From assembly GCA_011109175.1 (NCBI GenBank), contig RDEW01000021.1, positions 73,080 through 137,079 on the forward strand: a stretch of DNA of 64,000 nt, written 5' to 3'. Source of the DNA: Dicyema japonicum (Eukaryota; Animalia; Dicyemida). The position numbers and the translations under genes were made by a program. This document shows positions 13,401-25,639 of the stretch, piece by piece; the first letter of the stretch is position 1; each line of letters opens with the position of its first letter. Under the pieces are notes generated by a model. That model made no database searches. It was given only the letters and a program-made list of their open reading frames with translations, and was not told the origin of the DNA.

Positions 13401-13848
13401 AAGAAAGCTACAGGAATGTTGAAATTTTTAATTCGATTTCATTTGGAGCCTGAAACTTTTCTTTTTGTGTATTCGGCGTGTGTTGAACCATTCTTGATAT
13501 AATGGTTATCAAGGATGGTTTAGAACAAAAGAAAGTGATGTCCTTGTCAAAAAATTGGAAAAGTCCAGAAGATTTGCGATTAAAATTAGCATATGGACTG
13601 GACTTAAAATCTAATATCGAAGAGGATTACGACCTGAAAGTCAGAAAGATAGAAAAATTATTACATCACTTATGGAAAATGTGATGTAATTTTTGGGGTC
13701 CAAACGAAGTAGAGACATGTGGTGTCCTCATAAAATGACCCTACACGATGAATACAAACCCACTTAATTAGTTTTCGGTTCAGGTTTTGGTTTCTTTAAG
13801 TAATTAGTTTTGGGTTTGTTAGAAAATAAATTTGTCTTGTCTTGTCTT
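10460..13848 (+). mobile_element. I/Jockey-like LINE: 5'-truncated gag-like ORF1 with zinc knuckles plus APE-RT ORF2
   Basis: ORF1 knuckle CVNCGSTTHLANYGGC; ORF2 INARSL, VNETK, GDMNAKH, GSDH, NQLGFR, LDITKAFDSV, GVPQGSILSPLLF, YADD; open ~730 codons then frameshifts; ends AATAAA + (TTGTC)3. Confidence 0.92.
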
Positions 13849-13910
13849 ACTACACTTAAACAGCATCATGTATTAGTATCCATTTATTATCGTATTATTC
13901 GAATAAGAGC

Positions 13911-13984
13911 GCCCTGGTAGCTCAGTTTGGTTAGAGCGTCGTGCTAATAACGCGAAGGTCGCGGGTTCGAGTCCCACTCGGGCA
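13911..13984 (+). tRNA. tRNA-Ile (AAT), variant copy with imperfect acceptor stem
   Basis: A box TAGCTCAGTTTGG, anticodon loop CT-AAT-AA, B box GGTTCGAGTCC, downstream T-run terminator. Confidence 0.85.
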
Positions 13985-14019
13985 CTTTTTTATTCCCAAC
14001 CAAGTGAACGGAAAAGAAT

Positions 14020-14300
14020 TGCAATCACATGGTATTTAGAATCAGAAACCCTTGATGACATTACTGTCCGCACCGTTATCTCTATTATATTTGGACTGAA
14101 GTTTTGCCAGACGGTAAACGGCCTGACATAATCACAATTAATCCAGTCGAGGAAAAGAAACCTTCGACCCCCTTTGCCTATCACACTGTATGAGGGCAAA
14201 GGAGAAAAAAATAAGAAACGCTATACGGTTGATTCATATTCTACCCCATTTTTGTTGAAAAGGAATAAGCGGGAAATCGTTTCGTTTCCTAGAGAAACTC
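14020..14300 (+). mobile_element. CRE-like remnant
   Basis: TLDDITVRTVISIIFGLKFC followed by DGKRPD. Confidence 0.45.
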
Positions 14301-14459
14301 GGACGTCTAGCTACACTATAAAGCCACGACGCACGTGAGACTCGTTGGCTTCTCCAGTTAATCTCTGTTGCGATCGCGAAAGCAACTCAACTTCGATTAT
14401 GTCGGCGGGACCACTTTTGTTTTTAGTAAAAACGTATCATTAAAAAATTAATTTTTAAG

Positions 14460-14840
14460 TGGCCCTTGAGTAGACAGGCTTCGATTTTCAAACAGTTCGT
14501 CCATGAGAGGTTTATTCGCCATGAAGCGCAGGCATTGGGAATGATCGACTCAATGAATTGTTATAAGGATCCACGAGGTGGAAACGGATTTTTTATTAGA
14601 CCTCCAAATAGCGATTTGATCAGTTCAATTTTCCTTTGGCAGGTCCCGATAGTCTTTTTAATTTGAGGAAAAAACACATATGGGTATCGAATGTGATACC
14701 TAAAATCTTTGGGTTCTTTGTGAAAGGAATTTTCGTGTTGCCAATGTATAAGTCTGTTTCCGAGTCTTTTATCCGATATGAACAGATTGACGATGACTTC
14801 TAAAGGGAAACGTCCAGACGATTGTGGTTAAAGGAGTTCT
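14460..14840 (-). mobile_element. LINE family B RT C-terminal fragment
   Basis: KIPFTKNPKILGITFDTHMCF, homologous to QKILGVTFDT at 26400 and 53510. Confidence 0.6.
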
Positions 14841-14875
14841 TGAAAAAATATAATAAAAAGTAATTCAGTAAAATA

Positions 14876-15358
14876 TCATTCCATTCTCTGTCGCTTAGAA
14901 TTTGAAGGAGTAATTCCATTAAAATCAAACAGCAGCATGTATTCTGGGGGAAGTGGTCCTTCATCGAGAACCAGAGACTTCAGGTGGGTCTCAGACAAAG
15001 GGTCCAACGGTTTGGCCACGGCTGGCTGACTAACAAGGAGATGTCTTAGAGAGCTATGGGAAAGAAGAATATAGAGACCTTCCATAAGGTTGACTACTAA
15101 AGTCTATCTTCCCTGAAAGACTTGGGAGATAGGCAGAGAGGCTGCGGTCGATTATCTTATTGGAATAGTTTTTGAAGATCAAATCAAGGCCGTAATACTG
15201 TAGTAAATCACAGTACCCAATTACTTCGTCTGGTTCTGAATTATAATTGAGTTTTTACTTGGAAGCTTCTTTAGTAAGTAAAAAGGTCCTCCAGAAACGA
15301 CAGACAATTGATTGGACGTAGATACCACACTCTTTACTATATTATTTGAGTCGTCCAT
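14876..15358 (-). CDS. MED19: Mediator subunit 19, copy 1 (introns of 23 and 25 nt)
   Basis: GPFYLLKKLP..EVIGYCDLLQYYGL...LSAYLPSLSGKID...SSLRHLL...LDEGPLPPEY matches the MED19 core (GPFYL...LSNFLPDLPGMID...SSLRSLI...GPLP). Confidence 0.9.
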
Positions 15359-15449
15359 TGTCCCCACAAAAAAATTATATTTTAAATTTTTTAAAAAATT
15401 AAGAAATAATTAATTTTCTAAAAGATTTAAAATCAAAATTTAAGTATAA

Positions 15450-16120
15450 ACAGGGTTAGAAAATAAAGAATCACAATGCTAGCTAAGTGATCACAGAAGG
15501 ATGTCAAAACGATGAGGATAGCGAACCACATAATGGGCCTTAGTCTTCTCATATCTCGGATGGTTTCTGAGATGTTTGAAAAGGTGTCGTATAGGGAGTT
15601 GTTTTGTAGGTTGGTTACCTTCACGAATTTTCATTGCCATTCGGCGAAATCTAGTGCCTTCTAGATATTCACTAAAGAGTAGGGTGGAACACAGGAATGG
15701 TTTACTATCCATACAATATTGGGGCACCTATTCACACATGTCTATTTGATGCTGTTTAAGATTTTTTTGCCCCTTTTGACTACAACCCCCACTTGAGAAG
15801 GACCAAGGAATTTTCCGACTAGGACATAGATCTTCTACATGTGATTTTTGCAGTCAGCCTCTTGAGAACGAATGGAAAATCTACCACCTTTCATGTCAAA
15901 GGCGATCATGATGGACGAAAACAGTATATGATAGATCAATACGGAGAGTCCTCATGATGAAAAGAGTACTTTTTTATTCGAGACGAGCAGCGGACTCACT
16001 GCAAAAGTTGAGAAAGGTGGTAATATATTGTATGTGTCAATGATCGGTTTCGTGGTCTGTCTTATGGGGAAAGCGTCCAAGGGCATCAGGGATTCCTCTT
16101 TCGAATAGTTCAAACAGTCC
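15450..16120 (-). mobile_element. Degraded CRE-like RT region
   Basis: KRLTAKITC...GKFLGPSQVGV resembles RRLADKVAC...SPIQMGVGV of the 4829 element. Confidence 0.45.
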
Positions 16121-16521
16121 TCTTAAGACTTCATCTTCCTATTTTGAACACTCATTCTGGCTTCATCGTGTTTGTATGAAGCCGGGAAGGAGTGAATATT
16201 ATTTTTTCATATTCGCGGTGAGACACCTGCTATGGCATACTGGAATAAAATAGTCATCTTGTATTTACTTGTGTTCTCTTGGAATTCACTTAATAATCCA
16301 GTATTGAAGTCATTCTTCAAATAATGACTAAATAATTTAATAAACTTTGTAGAGAAGTAATACTAATGATTACAGTTTCCAGTAAGAGTCCATCCCAACG
16401 GAGAAGATAAGGAAACTTAAAAATAGCCCTCTCCTCCAAAAATGATCAATCGTCGGTGATGGACCGTTAAATCAATTATTAAAGCATTGTCTGAAATTAA
16501 GAGTAGACTAATATATATCCT

Positions 16522-16927
16522 GATGGGATGACCCTTTTCCCCTTCACGTCTGGAAGATCTTTGGTCTGGGACGCAACTTGCATAGACACGTTCTCAAGCA
16601 CGAACATTTTTAAATCGGTTCAGACACCTGGAGCAGCTGCTTCGACTGCGGAAAACCTAAAAATCAAAAAATATTCTTGCCTCGAAGATCGCTACCGATT
16701 TACTCTTGTTGCGACCGAATCATCGGGAGCCGTTGGTCCAATGACGGCAGAATTCTTGCAAGAACTCGGAGGATTGCTTGCCAGAAAGGCAATGGATCAA
16801 CGAGAAGGGTTATGGCTAAGACAAAAGATAGGAATAGCCATACTCCGAGGGAACTCGTTCGCAATCCACGCAGCAGGCTTCCTCAACTGACATTTGTTTA
16901 ATTGTTAAAAAAATTTTTGTTTAAAAA
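16522..16927 (+). mobile_element. 5'-truncated CRE-like insertion with 12 bp TSD
   Basis: Open REL frame (DGMTLFPF..GRSLVWDATC...KIKKY...AILRGNS), A-rich tail, TSD AATATATATCCT at 16510-16521 and 16928-16939. Confidence 0.9.
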
Positions 16928-16937
16928 AATATATATC

Positions 16938-17631
16938 CTAATTAACAAGAATTCTCGAGCATGTTGTATCCCCTTCTTCCCCCTTCGTGAAACACTGGAA
17001 ATGACGAATCATCTGGCAAAATAATCGACTCTAGTTTCCCTTCGGAATTTTCTTTGACCTATGTGACCCTCGTGTTGAACCACTATTTTGGAAAATACTT
17101 CCCGTTCACAATTTTTAGAATTTCATCACACAAACGAAGAGATTCATTTTTTGATAAAAACTCCACGAATCCATTGCAGCCATAAGTTACCAATTGGGGA
17201 AACTCAGTTATAGTGTATATTGGAGACTCCTATACGTTTCCCAACAACAGCGTTGACAAAACGACTTTCATCTTGCTTCCATACATCTTTCAAAAAGGAC
17301 AGACACTCATCTTCGGAGACCACAGTCGTTATTTTTTTCGTCACCGTTGAGCCTGCGATCGAGAGGTGAGATTCTTATCAGCTTTCCTTTCTTGGATTTC
17401 TCATATCCAAGAGTAAAAAACGTTTAAAGTTTTATCCTTCTCTTCTTTGGATTGTTGACTAGTAAACTTGCTAATAAGAATGAAGTTTTAACGACCCTTT
17501 TTCAATATTTTTATTCGTAAAGAATTATTCTGTTTTCCTTGTGTTTTAAAGCACTTCCATCATAAATATATTTATTACATTAAGAAACAATCAATTTGAG
17601 GGTCATACGGTAGACTGCGTGGCCATTCCAT
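16938..17631 (-). CDS. Unassigned multi-intron gene candidate (~200 aa) with apparent 1-nt indels
   Basis: GT-AG introns of 22-25 nt join MEWPRSLPYDPQIDCFL..., KFTSQQSKEEKDKTLN|KSKKGKLIRISP, VVSEDECLSFLKDVWK...GKRIG|FPQLVTYGCNG; about 3 single-base corrections needed; head-to-head with the CDF gene. Confidence 0.45.
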
Positions 17632-17749
17632 ACAGGATGGGGAGATTCGCTCAATGAACTCTGGATTTGGAAAAAATTGAAAAATTATTAAAAAATAAAA
17701 TTAATTAAAAAATTAATCAAAAATAAAATTAAAGTATTATTCAAAAACA

Positions 17750-18960
17750 ATGACTGATACAGATTCAACTGAAGAATGGAAAATACCACTAAAAAGTCCA
17801 GATATATCACATTTGATAAAAACCAGTTCAAAGGAGATAAAGTAATAATAATTGTGATCAAGAAAATATTATAAACAACAGAGATTGTTAATGAGGTCAA
17901 TAAGAAAGGCTGAGGGAATCGAAGTGGATGATTATAATACAAAGAGTAAGCAGGACAACTACCTACTGATTGGTATATTTCTCCTTAACGTTGTAAGTTC
18001 TAGTATGAACCAAAGTTACTATTTATAGGGAAAATAGTGGCCACGGTTATTAGCGGGTCATTGGCTATATTATCCAGTACAATTGACAGTGCCGTTGATA
18101 TATTGACTATAATTGTCATTTATGTCACAAATAGACTTAAAGGAAAGAAGGATTTACACAAATATCCATTTGGTGCAATTTTCACTAATTATAGGTCGAA
18201 AGTCACTGGGGACAGTTGGGGTTCTAATTGTGGCCGTTTCAATGACCTTTGCTTCACTAGAGACTATCGGAAAGTCAATTATATCACTATTCAGTGGGGA
18301 TATCCAGATTAAACTCAACTCATTTTCCATCGGAATCTTATCTACCACAATTTGTGATTATTTTATTAAATTTAGGTTCAAAATTAATGATTTTTATAAT
18401 TCTTTTTCGTAGTAAGAAAGAGATACTTAAAACAATCAAAAGAGACTGCTTCAATGACGTCATTACAAACACGTTTACGTTAATTTGTGTTTTCATAAGT
18501 TATCATGTTTGTATATTTAGTCACTAAGGGGGTTAGGGAGTGGAACCATAACTGGAAATATTTGGATCCCATTGGGGAATGCTAATTTCTCTATATGTGT
18601 CAGTGGGGTGGATCACCACGTGTATTGGTAAGATTAGTAGTCAACTCATATTTAGGACTAATCGGACGACTCACTGGGGTTACAGCAGATCATCAATTTA
18701 TTCAAAAGTTAGCATGGATTTGTCTAAATCATCATAAGGAAATTGTAAATATTGATACCATCAAAGGATTTCATTTCGGCGATTTGTTGATTGCTGAGGT
18801 TCACATTGTTTTACCCCCGAATATGGAGTTGAAGACAGCTCACGATATTGGAGAGTCTCTTCAGATCAAATTAGAACACTTTGAAGATGTACAAATCGCA
18901 TTTGTTCATTTGGATTATGAACCCCACCACAACCCTTTAATTGAACATAACTTTAAATAA
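17750..18960 (+). CDS. Cation diffusion facilitator, Mn-CDF/MTP8-11-like
   Basis: KYYKQQ, GSLAILSSTIDSAVD (TM2 DxxxD), KYPFGR, DCFND (TM5 DxxxD), YLDPIG, EVHIVLP...AHDIGESLQIKLE...AFVHLDYE; one apparent missing G at ~18575. Confidence 0.9.
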
Positions 18961-19039
18961 TCACTCTTTATACAAATTATTTTCTATATTAAATCAACCT
19001 TATGATTTTTTATTTTTTTATTTTATCAATCATCCACAA

Positions 19040-19345
19040 CATCAGACTATCTTCCCCTTTGAAGTCGGGGAACCTCTTGTCCGGATGCACCGACACATTC
19101 GTCCCTTGCAACATACATCATAGTGCCTCTGAAGCCTGTTCTGCTGTTGAGAAGGCTGAGATGTCAAAGCGAGCAAAGTACCCAAGGATTTTTTTGTTCA
19201 TTCCGCTCACTGTTGAAACCTCTGGTTCCCTTGCGCTTTCGACGCTGGAATTACTGATTGGATTTCTGCACGAACAGGAGATCCCTGTGAGCGCTGGTGG
19301 CTATTTGAGAGAACTTCGCTCGCTATTCTGAGAGGGAATAGCTAC
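19040..19345 (+). mobile_element. CRE-like 3' fragment
   Basis: IFPFEVG, EMSKRAKY...FIPLTVETSG, LRGNS. Confidence 0.6.
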
Positions 19346-19399
19346 GCCGTCAGGACGGTCGCTGCATAGGTGGAAACTCTGTCCCGGCGACAAAAATTC

Positions 19400-20830
19400 A
19401 TAAACAGCAGAAGATATCCGACTAAGGGTTATCAGAGATAGTATCTTCCTCAGTGTTCTCAGTAATATCACTGATCTTAGAGTTTTATCGGTTCCTTGCT
19501 CTTTCCTAGTTAATGAAAAGGAATTAAAATTCCATGACCATGTTTCAAGAGGAATGCGTCTCAAATACCTTATTGAAAATCTTTGTAATGAGGGTTGTCA
19601 GTTCGCCTGGTGCATACTTGATCATTTCTCCCAGCTCCCCTGTTGCTAAATTCATTGATTGCCAGGTTAGTTTCTTTTGTAGAGATAAGGTAGATTCAGG
19701 CTTCTCGGTCCATAAATGAAACTCCACATATGAGGTTTCATTTTCATTCAAAGTCCAGAAAAATGTTCGACAATAATCTCAGTTTTTTCTTTAATCCAAT
19801 ACATTTTTCCTTGACTGTCGTGTATACAAATAGTTGAATTCCTCTCTGCAAAAGGCGAACTGCACGAAACATTTGCGTTCCGTATCCCAACTTCTCAATT
19901 TCACTGATACGTTCGTCAATTTTCTTGACTTAAATTTCCTTCTTCCTCCTTCTAATCTCCCTTGCAATACAATTTCTTTCTCTTCTTAACACGTTATAAG
20001 TATCATTATTTTTACATGATTCCATTCTCAGCCACAATTTTTTGTTTAATTGATAGTGAACCAATTTCGTGATCGAAGACCCCTTTAAATCCTACCGGCC
20101 TTTTATCCCCAAGCACGTCGAAACTTGCCTTCTTTATTCCATCAACAGTAGCATTCCAAATTATGTTCACAATCTCCTTCTTAATTACCATACAATAATC
20201 TTAACGCGGCTTCTCACATAAGCATAATTTTCCACAATAAACGATCCAGATCAGCTCTCTTCGTTCTAGCTCCATCTATTCCGAAATATCTTTTCATTCT
20301 GAAACGTGCAACCAGCAGTTTATGATCACTATGAGTGATAGGTGCCTCCATAGCTGCGGGAGTCTGTTAGTAAAGCACGAAGAGATCTTTTACACATAAC
20401 ATAATCAATCTGGTTGTATATCCGGAAATAGTCACCATTTCCATCCTTTCTGAGTCCAGTCCACGTAATCTTATGTCTCTTATTGTGGTCGAATGCAGAA
20501 TTACAAATAAAGTAATCAAACACGTTACAGAAGTGTACAAGCGACTCTCCTGACATATTTCTTTTCCCTGGCATTCCCGCCCATACAGGGTTCTCTCCAT
20601 GGACAGTGACCCACTTTTGCATTCCAATCTCCACATAAAAAGGTCATAAACAAGGCTTTAAGATCAGAGATGGTATCCGTTAGTGACATGTAAAACAGTT
20701 CAAATTCATCGAGATTTGTGGAAACCCTCCCCATTGTGAATGTGTAAACATTAATTTTGGATATAAAGGAATTATCTGTCCTCCCAATCTTAATCTAAAG
20801 TACTGCTATTCTGTCATTGACCCCCCACAC
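19400..20830 (-). mobile_element. RTE-like LINE remnant (APE to start of RT)
   Basis: CGDWNAKVG, ITWTG...YNQIDYVMCK...SDH, KYAPGE. Confidence 0.8.
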
Positions 20831-21394
20831 TCTGTGGTTTCCCCATCAAGACATTGACTTTGTTTATAATAAATTGTGGTGAGTTGGGCCATCCATCTCC
20901 TGGACGAGGAAAACAGTGGATCATTGAAAGAAACGGCTGCCCTTAAACACTGAAAATCCTAATACCAAGCCAAATTGATGGCTCAGGTGGACGTATAGTT
21001 CAGGTCTGTGGTCTTTTGAAATAAATTCATTAATATTCCACTAGAGCAAGCCTCTAGACAAATCGTCCTTGATTCACGGGGATGTCGAAAGAGATTAAAG
21101 TTTCTCATTGAAGGGCTTAAAGCTAGATAGGGAAGCAAAGGTTTAGTCCCATAATCTCTGAAAGGATGGTGCGAGAGAATAGTTTGCTATCTTCCAATCT
21201 ATTGGATCCTCCTTTGAGAAGTCCCCACAACAGCAGGACGTTTTCCTGTTTTATTAGGAAATCTCTGGTTCTGCGGTCGTGGGACCAGATCCTCTCAATT
21301 ACTAGTCAACTGTTGACTCCCCTTAAAGTGATTGGGGAAGGGTAATAAAAATTTAAACAATCGAAAATTAGATTAAGTCAATAAGTTCAGATAG

Positions 21395-21837
<443 letters not shown>

Positions 21838-22499
21838 CTATTAATATGTAATTGGAGTACATTAAAATATCTTTTAATGAACGATTTTACTAGGCTCACC
21901 AACATAAAATAATTAATAAATTATTTAATTTAAAAATTATAATTTAGTTTGATGAATTTTTCGATTCTTTTCATCACGAAAATATTAATTTTTTTCTGTC
22001 TAAATTTTCCTAATTTTTTTTGGTTGAGGTGGTGACGCATCTCAAATTAAACTAATTTCTTTTTCACTCTTTTTCAAAATTTCTTTCACGCTAGCATCCT
22101 TCAACGTTCGAGGACTAAAGTCGTCGGTCAAAAGGAGGTCACTCTGCCAGGATCTGAAACGATACAACATTACTATCTGCTGCTTGCAAGAGACCATTGA
22201 TTCGGATCTTGATGTGGTATCCGTCCTGGAGATTCCACCACCTTCCCATCTCACACTTTGTTCCCCAAATTTGTCCACGTCCGTGTCCTGGAAAGTCTAT
22301 TATGATCTCCCATTCGACCATAACCCTATTACTGTGACTATCGACCTTTTATCACCCTGAGACTTATACAAATTCACTTACGTTAACGATAAAAGAACAC
22401 GTTGTGGGAATTCAAGTCTGCCACTGAACGGTCTCTCGAAGAGTTTGTGGTTGACAAGTTCCACCCCATTGAAGAAGATCAAAAAATAAATTTTTTGTT

Positions 22500-23100
22500 T
22501 TACTTATCAAAAACGCGCGAAATTCCCCTGCGAAAAGGCCTGATGGCTTTAGTGTCCCCTCCGCCCACTCCACAACCACCCACCTGACAACCCTTATCAA
22601 ATACATTGCCACGGTTTCGATAACTCCTCTCCCACTGAAAGGACGGTACTTGCATCAATTGACCTCATCAAGCTTTTCATCGCACCTCACGTGTAAAACT
22701 GTCCAACAAAATTCTTCCTCTAAAATCCCACCCATCTGGTCATGCTCTTGAATTTCGATAAATGTGCAGTTCACGGTTCAGGCATCTTCCAAATGAGATT
22801 CCGCAGGGTTCTATTCACCTTGAGCCTTTTCAATCGCCTACCTGAGTAGCACTCGGACTACTCTAAACTCAATTGTCCTTACATATGTCGATGACATTGT
22901 CATCGCTGCCAGGGTCGCTGACATTCAGAGAGCCACGTTACATTTGCAGCATCACCTGGACATTATGAGTGAATACTCCAACTGGATTTCCTCCTCTCCT
23001 ACTAAATCATCTATCACTCTTTTCACGTCTGACAGGAGACATTTTAACTCTGTCACTACACCATTGTCCTGACAGATCTTGGTCTTACCATATTTCTTGA
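22500..23100 (+). mobile_element. LINE RT remnant
   Basis: HGF, LTYVDDIVIAA; degraded. Confidence 0.6.
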
Positions 23101-23289
23101 AATCATGTGAGGATATCTTGTTGCAAAGGTTGAAAGTGTGGACTCCAATAATTAACGCAGATTTTTGTCTGGTGGTCGGTCATCTTGCTATGATTGTGCA
23201 GGCGTCATTCTGTTAATGCTAAGCTGTAAGATCAGGATTCTTTAGTTCAGAGAAAAAGGGTTAAGCTTGATATTGTTAGAGCGAGAAGT

Positions 23290-23500
23290 TACGCCCGATC
23301 AATGGTCATCAGAGGGAGTTTATTAAAGGGATCCAATAGGGAAAGCGGATGGTTCCCTATTGTTAATCGTATAAGATATGAAAACACCCAGATGACATCA
23401 CGAGAAGGTGAATCACAATGTCATAGAATTAACACTACCTTTTCAGGGACTAAATTAGACAGCCCATCCTTATTGGAGTCAAATAACTTTATATATCCTA
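23290..23500 (+). mobile_element. Possible LTR-retrotransposon integrase remnant
   Basis: HQREF-like segment and EGESQCHRINTT resemble rve 'DQG.EF' and 'GNGQCER.NRT'; very degraded. Confidence 0.3.
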
Positions 23501-24399
23501 AATTTCTTTAGTCGGTCATTTAATCCTCATTAAAGATAAGAAAATGAATTAAGACTAGCGACAACCGCAAATTCACAGCCAAGACTATTTAATGACGTCA
23601 CAAAAGGCTAAATGGACACATTAATGAAAAAACAAGTAAATTTCACGTAATGAAAACCACGTGGGTAAGTTGCTATAAACACGTAATAAAGACCATTCGG
23701 GTGCGATATCATATGACATGTTAGAGACCACGTGAACAAGCTACAATAAAGACATCTTAAGACCACGTGGATGTGATACTATAAGGGGATGTTATATAGG
23801 TTACGTGCTACTAGAAATGATGCGAATATAATGAGAGAAATAGAATCAATTTATTTAAGAACCACAACAAAGGGAATCGTCAAAGTCGAAATAATCATAA
23901 TTATTAGACTTTGCGGCAAGAGGACTGATGAGGATCAGACTGAGAAAGAATCCAACCAGAATGGCGGAACAAATGTGGTAATTGTACATCATAAACAACA
24001 GCATTAGAATGTAATTTATGAAAAATCTGACTAGCATAATGAGGGAATTGACGTAGTGAAGAGGGGTCATAAGGACCTTCGAATAACTGGAATTTACATT
24101 TTTAATACTTTCTCGATTGATACTTGAGATTTATGAAGATGCTTGCGATTCTCAGAAGTTCTGAGGCAAATGTGAGGAGAATTGTTACAAATATTGTCAT
24201 GCAGAGATCTTTGAATAAACTCTTTTATTACCGCCGATAGTATTCAGTTTAAATCTGGAAAATAAGATCACAAGTCCCTTCCAGTTGCCATTAAAATACA
24301 TAATCATCAATTAAGCGGCAGAATTAATATTTAAATATTAATTTGGTTGGCCTAATTAAAATATTTTGATTTATTTAAAAAATTTATTATTTATTCATT

Positions 24400-24702
24400 A
24401 ACCCCCGATAACCGAGAAAGAAGTTAAAGTAATTAAGTGTATCCAGTTTCCACTTCTACAGAAACAGAGTCCATCCGGAATCAGCATAAAGGGTAAAAGA
24501 CGTCCATAGTTGCAGTCGTGGAAACCCCTCCAGTGGAGTGGGGGAGAGCAAATGATCTTTTTTCATGCCTGCCTGGCACTGGGCGCCACCTAGACAGGTG
24601 GATCACATGACACCACTCTAATATGAAGAGAGAGGAGGAACAGACGAACAAAACAGAAACTTCTATCAATTAGCCACGAAGCATCACATGGCGTCACGCG
24701 GC
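24400..24702 (-). repeat. SINE-like family A, full copy
   Basis: Colinear with the 8405-8718 copy. Confidence 0.85.
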
Positions 24703-24734
24703 TATTTTCAAAATCTTATACCTTTGACACTTTC

Positions 24735-25205
24735 TTGACTTTACAAAACATGTCGAAAATATTTTATTGATTGTACGAGGAAAATCAACTTCCTGAAGGC
24801 GTTCTTGGGAAACCTAAGAGACAAAGAAGATCTGAGTGGACTGGATGTCATATACAAACAGTTCTTCGAGTCTACAATAGGATGCCCATGTAATGTCTGG
24901 GGATCTAACCTTGCTGCTACGAATCTGGACAAGATCTGCAACATTCAAGTGAAGACAGCAAACCTACTAAGGAAATATTCTCATGTGGAAATTCTGCCCA
25001 GAAACCTTGAAGATATGATAGAGGCGACTGGAACAGTGCCCTTGCGAAGGAGTCGAATATGCGGACCCCGTCCATATCAGAAATGCGTAGAAACGTAGTC
25101 GGAACACCGAGAAAAGATGCGAAGACTGTTGAGGGAGGCCGGGATCACCTGAATTTGTTTATTTTGGATATGACGGTGGTTTTCTGGTTCAATAATAATA
25201 ATCTT
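24735..25205 (+). mobile_element. LINE family B 3' fragment
   Basis: Highly similar to 53560-54000; ORF ends ...REAGIT*, then 3'UTR and AAT tail. Confidence 0.8.
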
Positions 25206-25329
25206 ATTGCTTCAAAAATATAATAAATAAAAAGGCCTTGACTGCGTGACTATCCCTCTTAGGATGGTTAGCGATAGTCTCTCAAATCACGGGGATCTCT
25301 TGTTCGTGCAGAAATCTGATTCCCTAGAC

Positions 25330-25480
25330 CAGGGGTCGGAAACCGTGGCTCTTTGAGTTTTTATGTGGCTTCTTCAATTATCACAATGACTACTTACATC
25401 TCCAATTATTACTATTTAAACCAAAGAAACACCGTTTTATAAATTTATGAAACATTGCATCCGAATCAGTCACATTCCTT
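25330..25480 (+). mobile_element. Isolated hAT left end
   Basis: CAGGGGTCGGAAAC preceded by CCCTAGAC (Charlie-like target); no matching right TIR found. Confidence 0.5.
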
Positions 25481-25639
25481 ATAAAAAAGATTAACACAAT
25501 CGAAAATAAAGAGAAAGTCATACAAAATGGCCTCAATGACTTGTTTTCTTCTTAAAGATGTATCCAAAGCAATATCAAATCAGAAAAAAAACAAACTCAT
25601 ATGGCCCAGACGGAATTTCTCTTATTCTGCTGAAACACT

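Noticed and set aside
11180-13684. Intact active LINE
   Set aside because: ORF1 is truncated and frameshifted, and ORF2 has several shifts after the YADD motif; some could be assembly errors, but activity is unsupported.
25141-25150. GGATCACCT resembling the 16S rRNA 3' end
   Set aside because: It is the coding end of LINE ORF2 (GGG ATC ACC TGA); no rRNA context.
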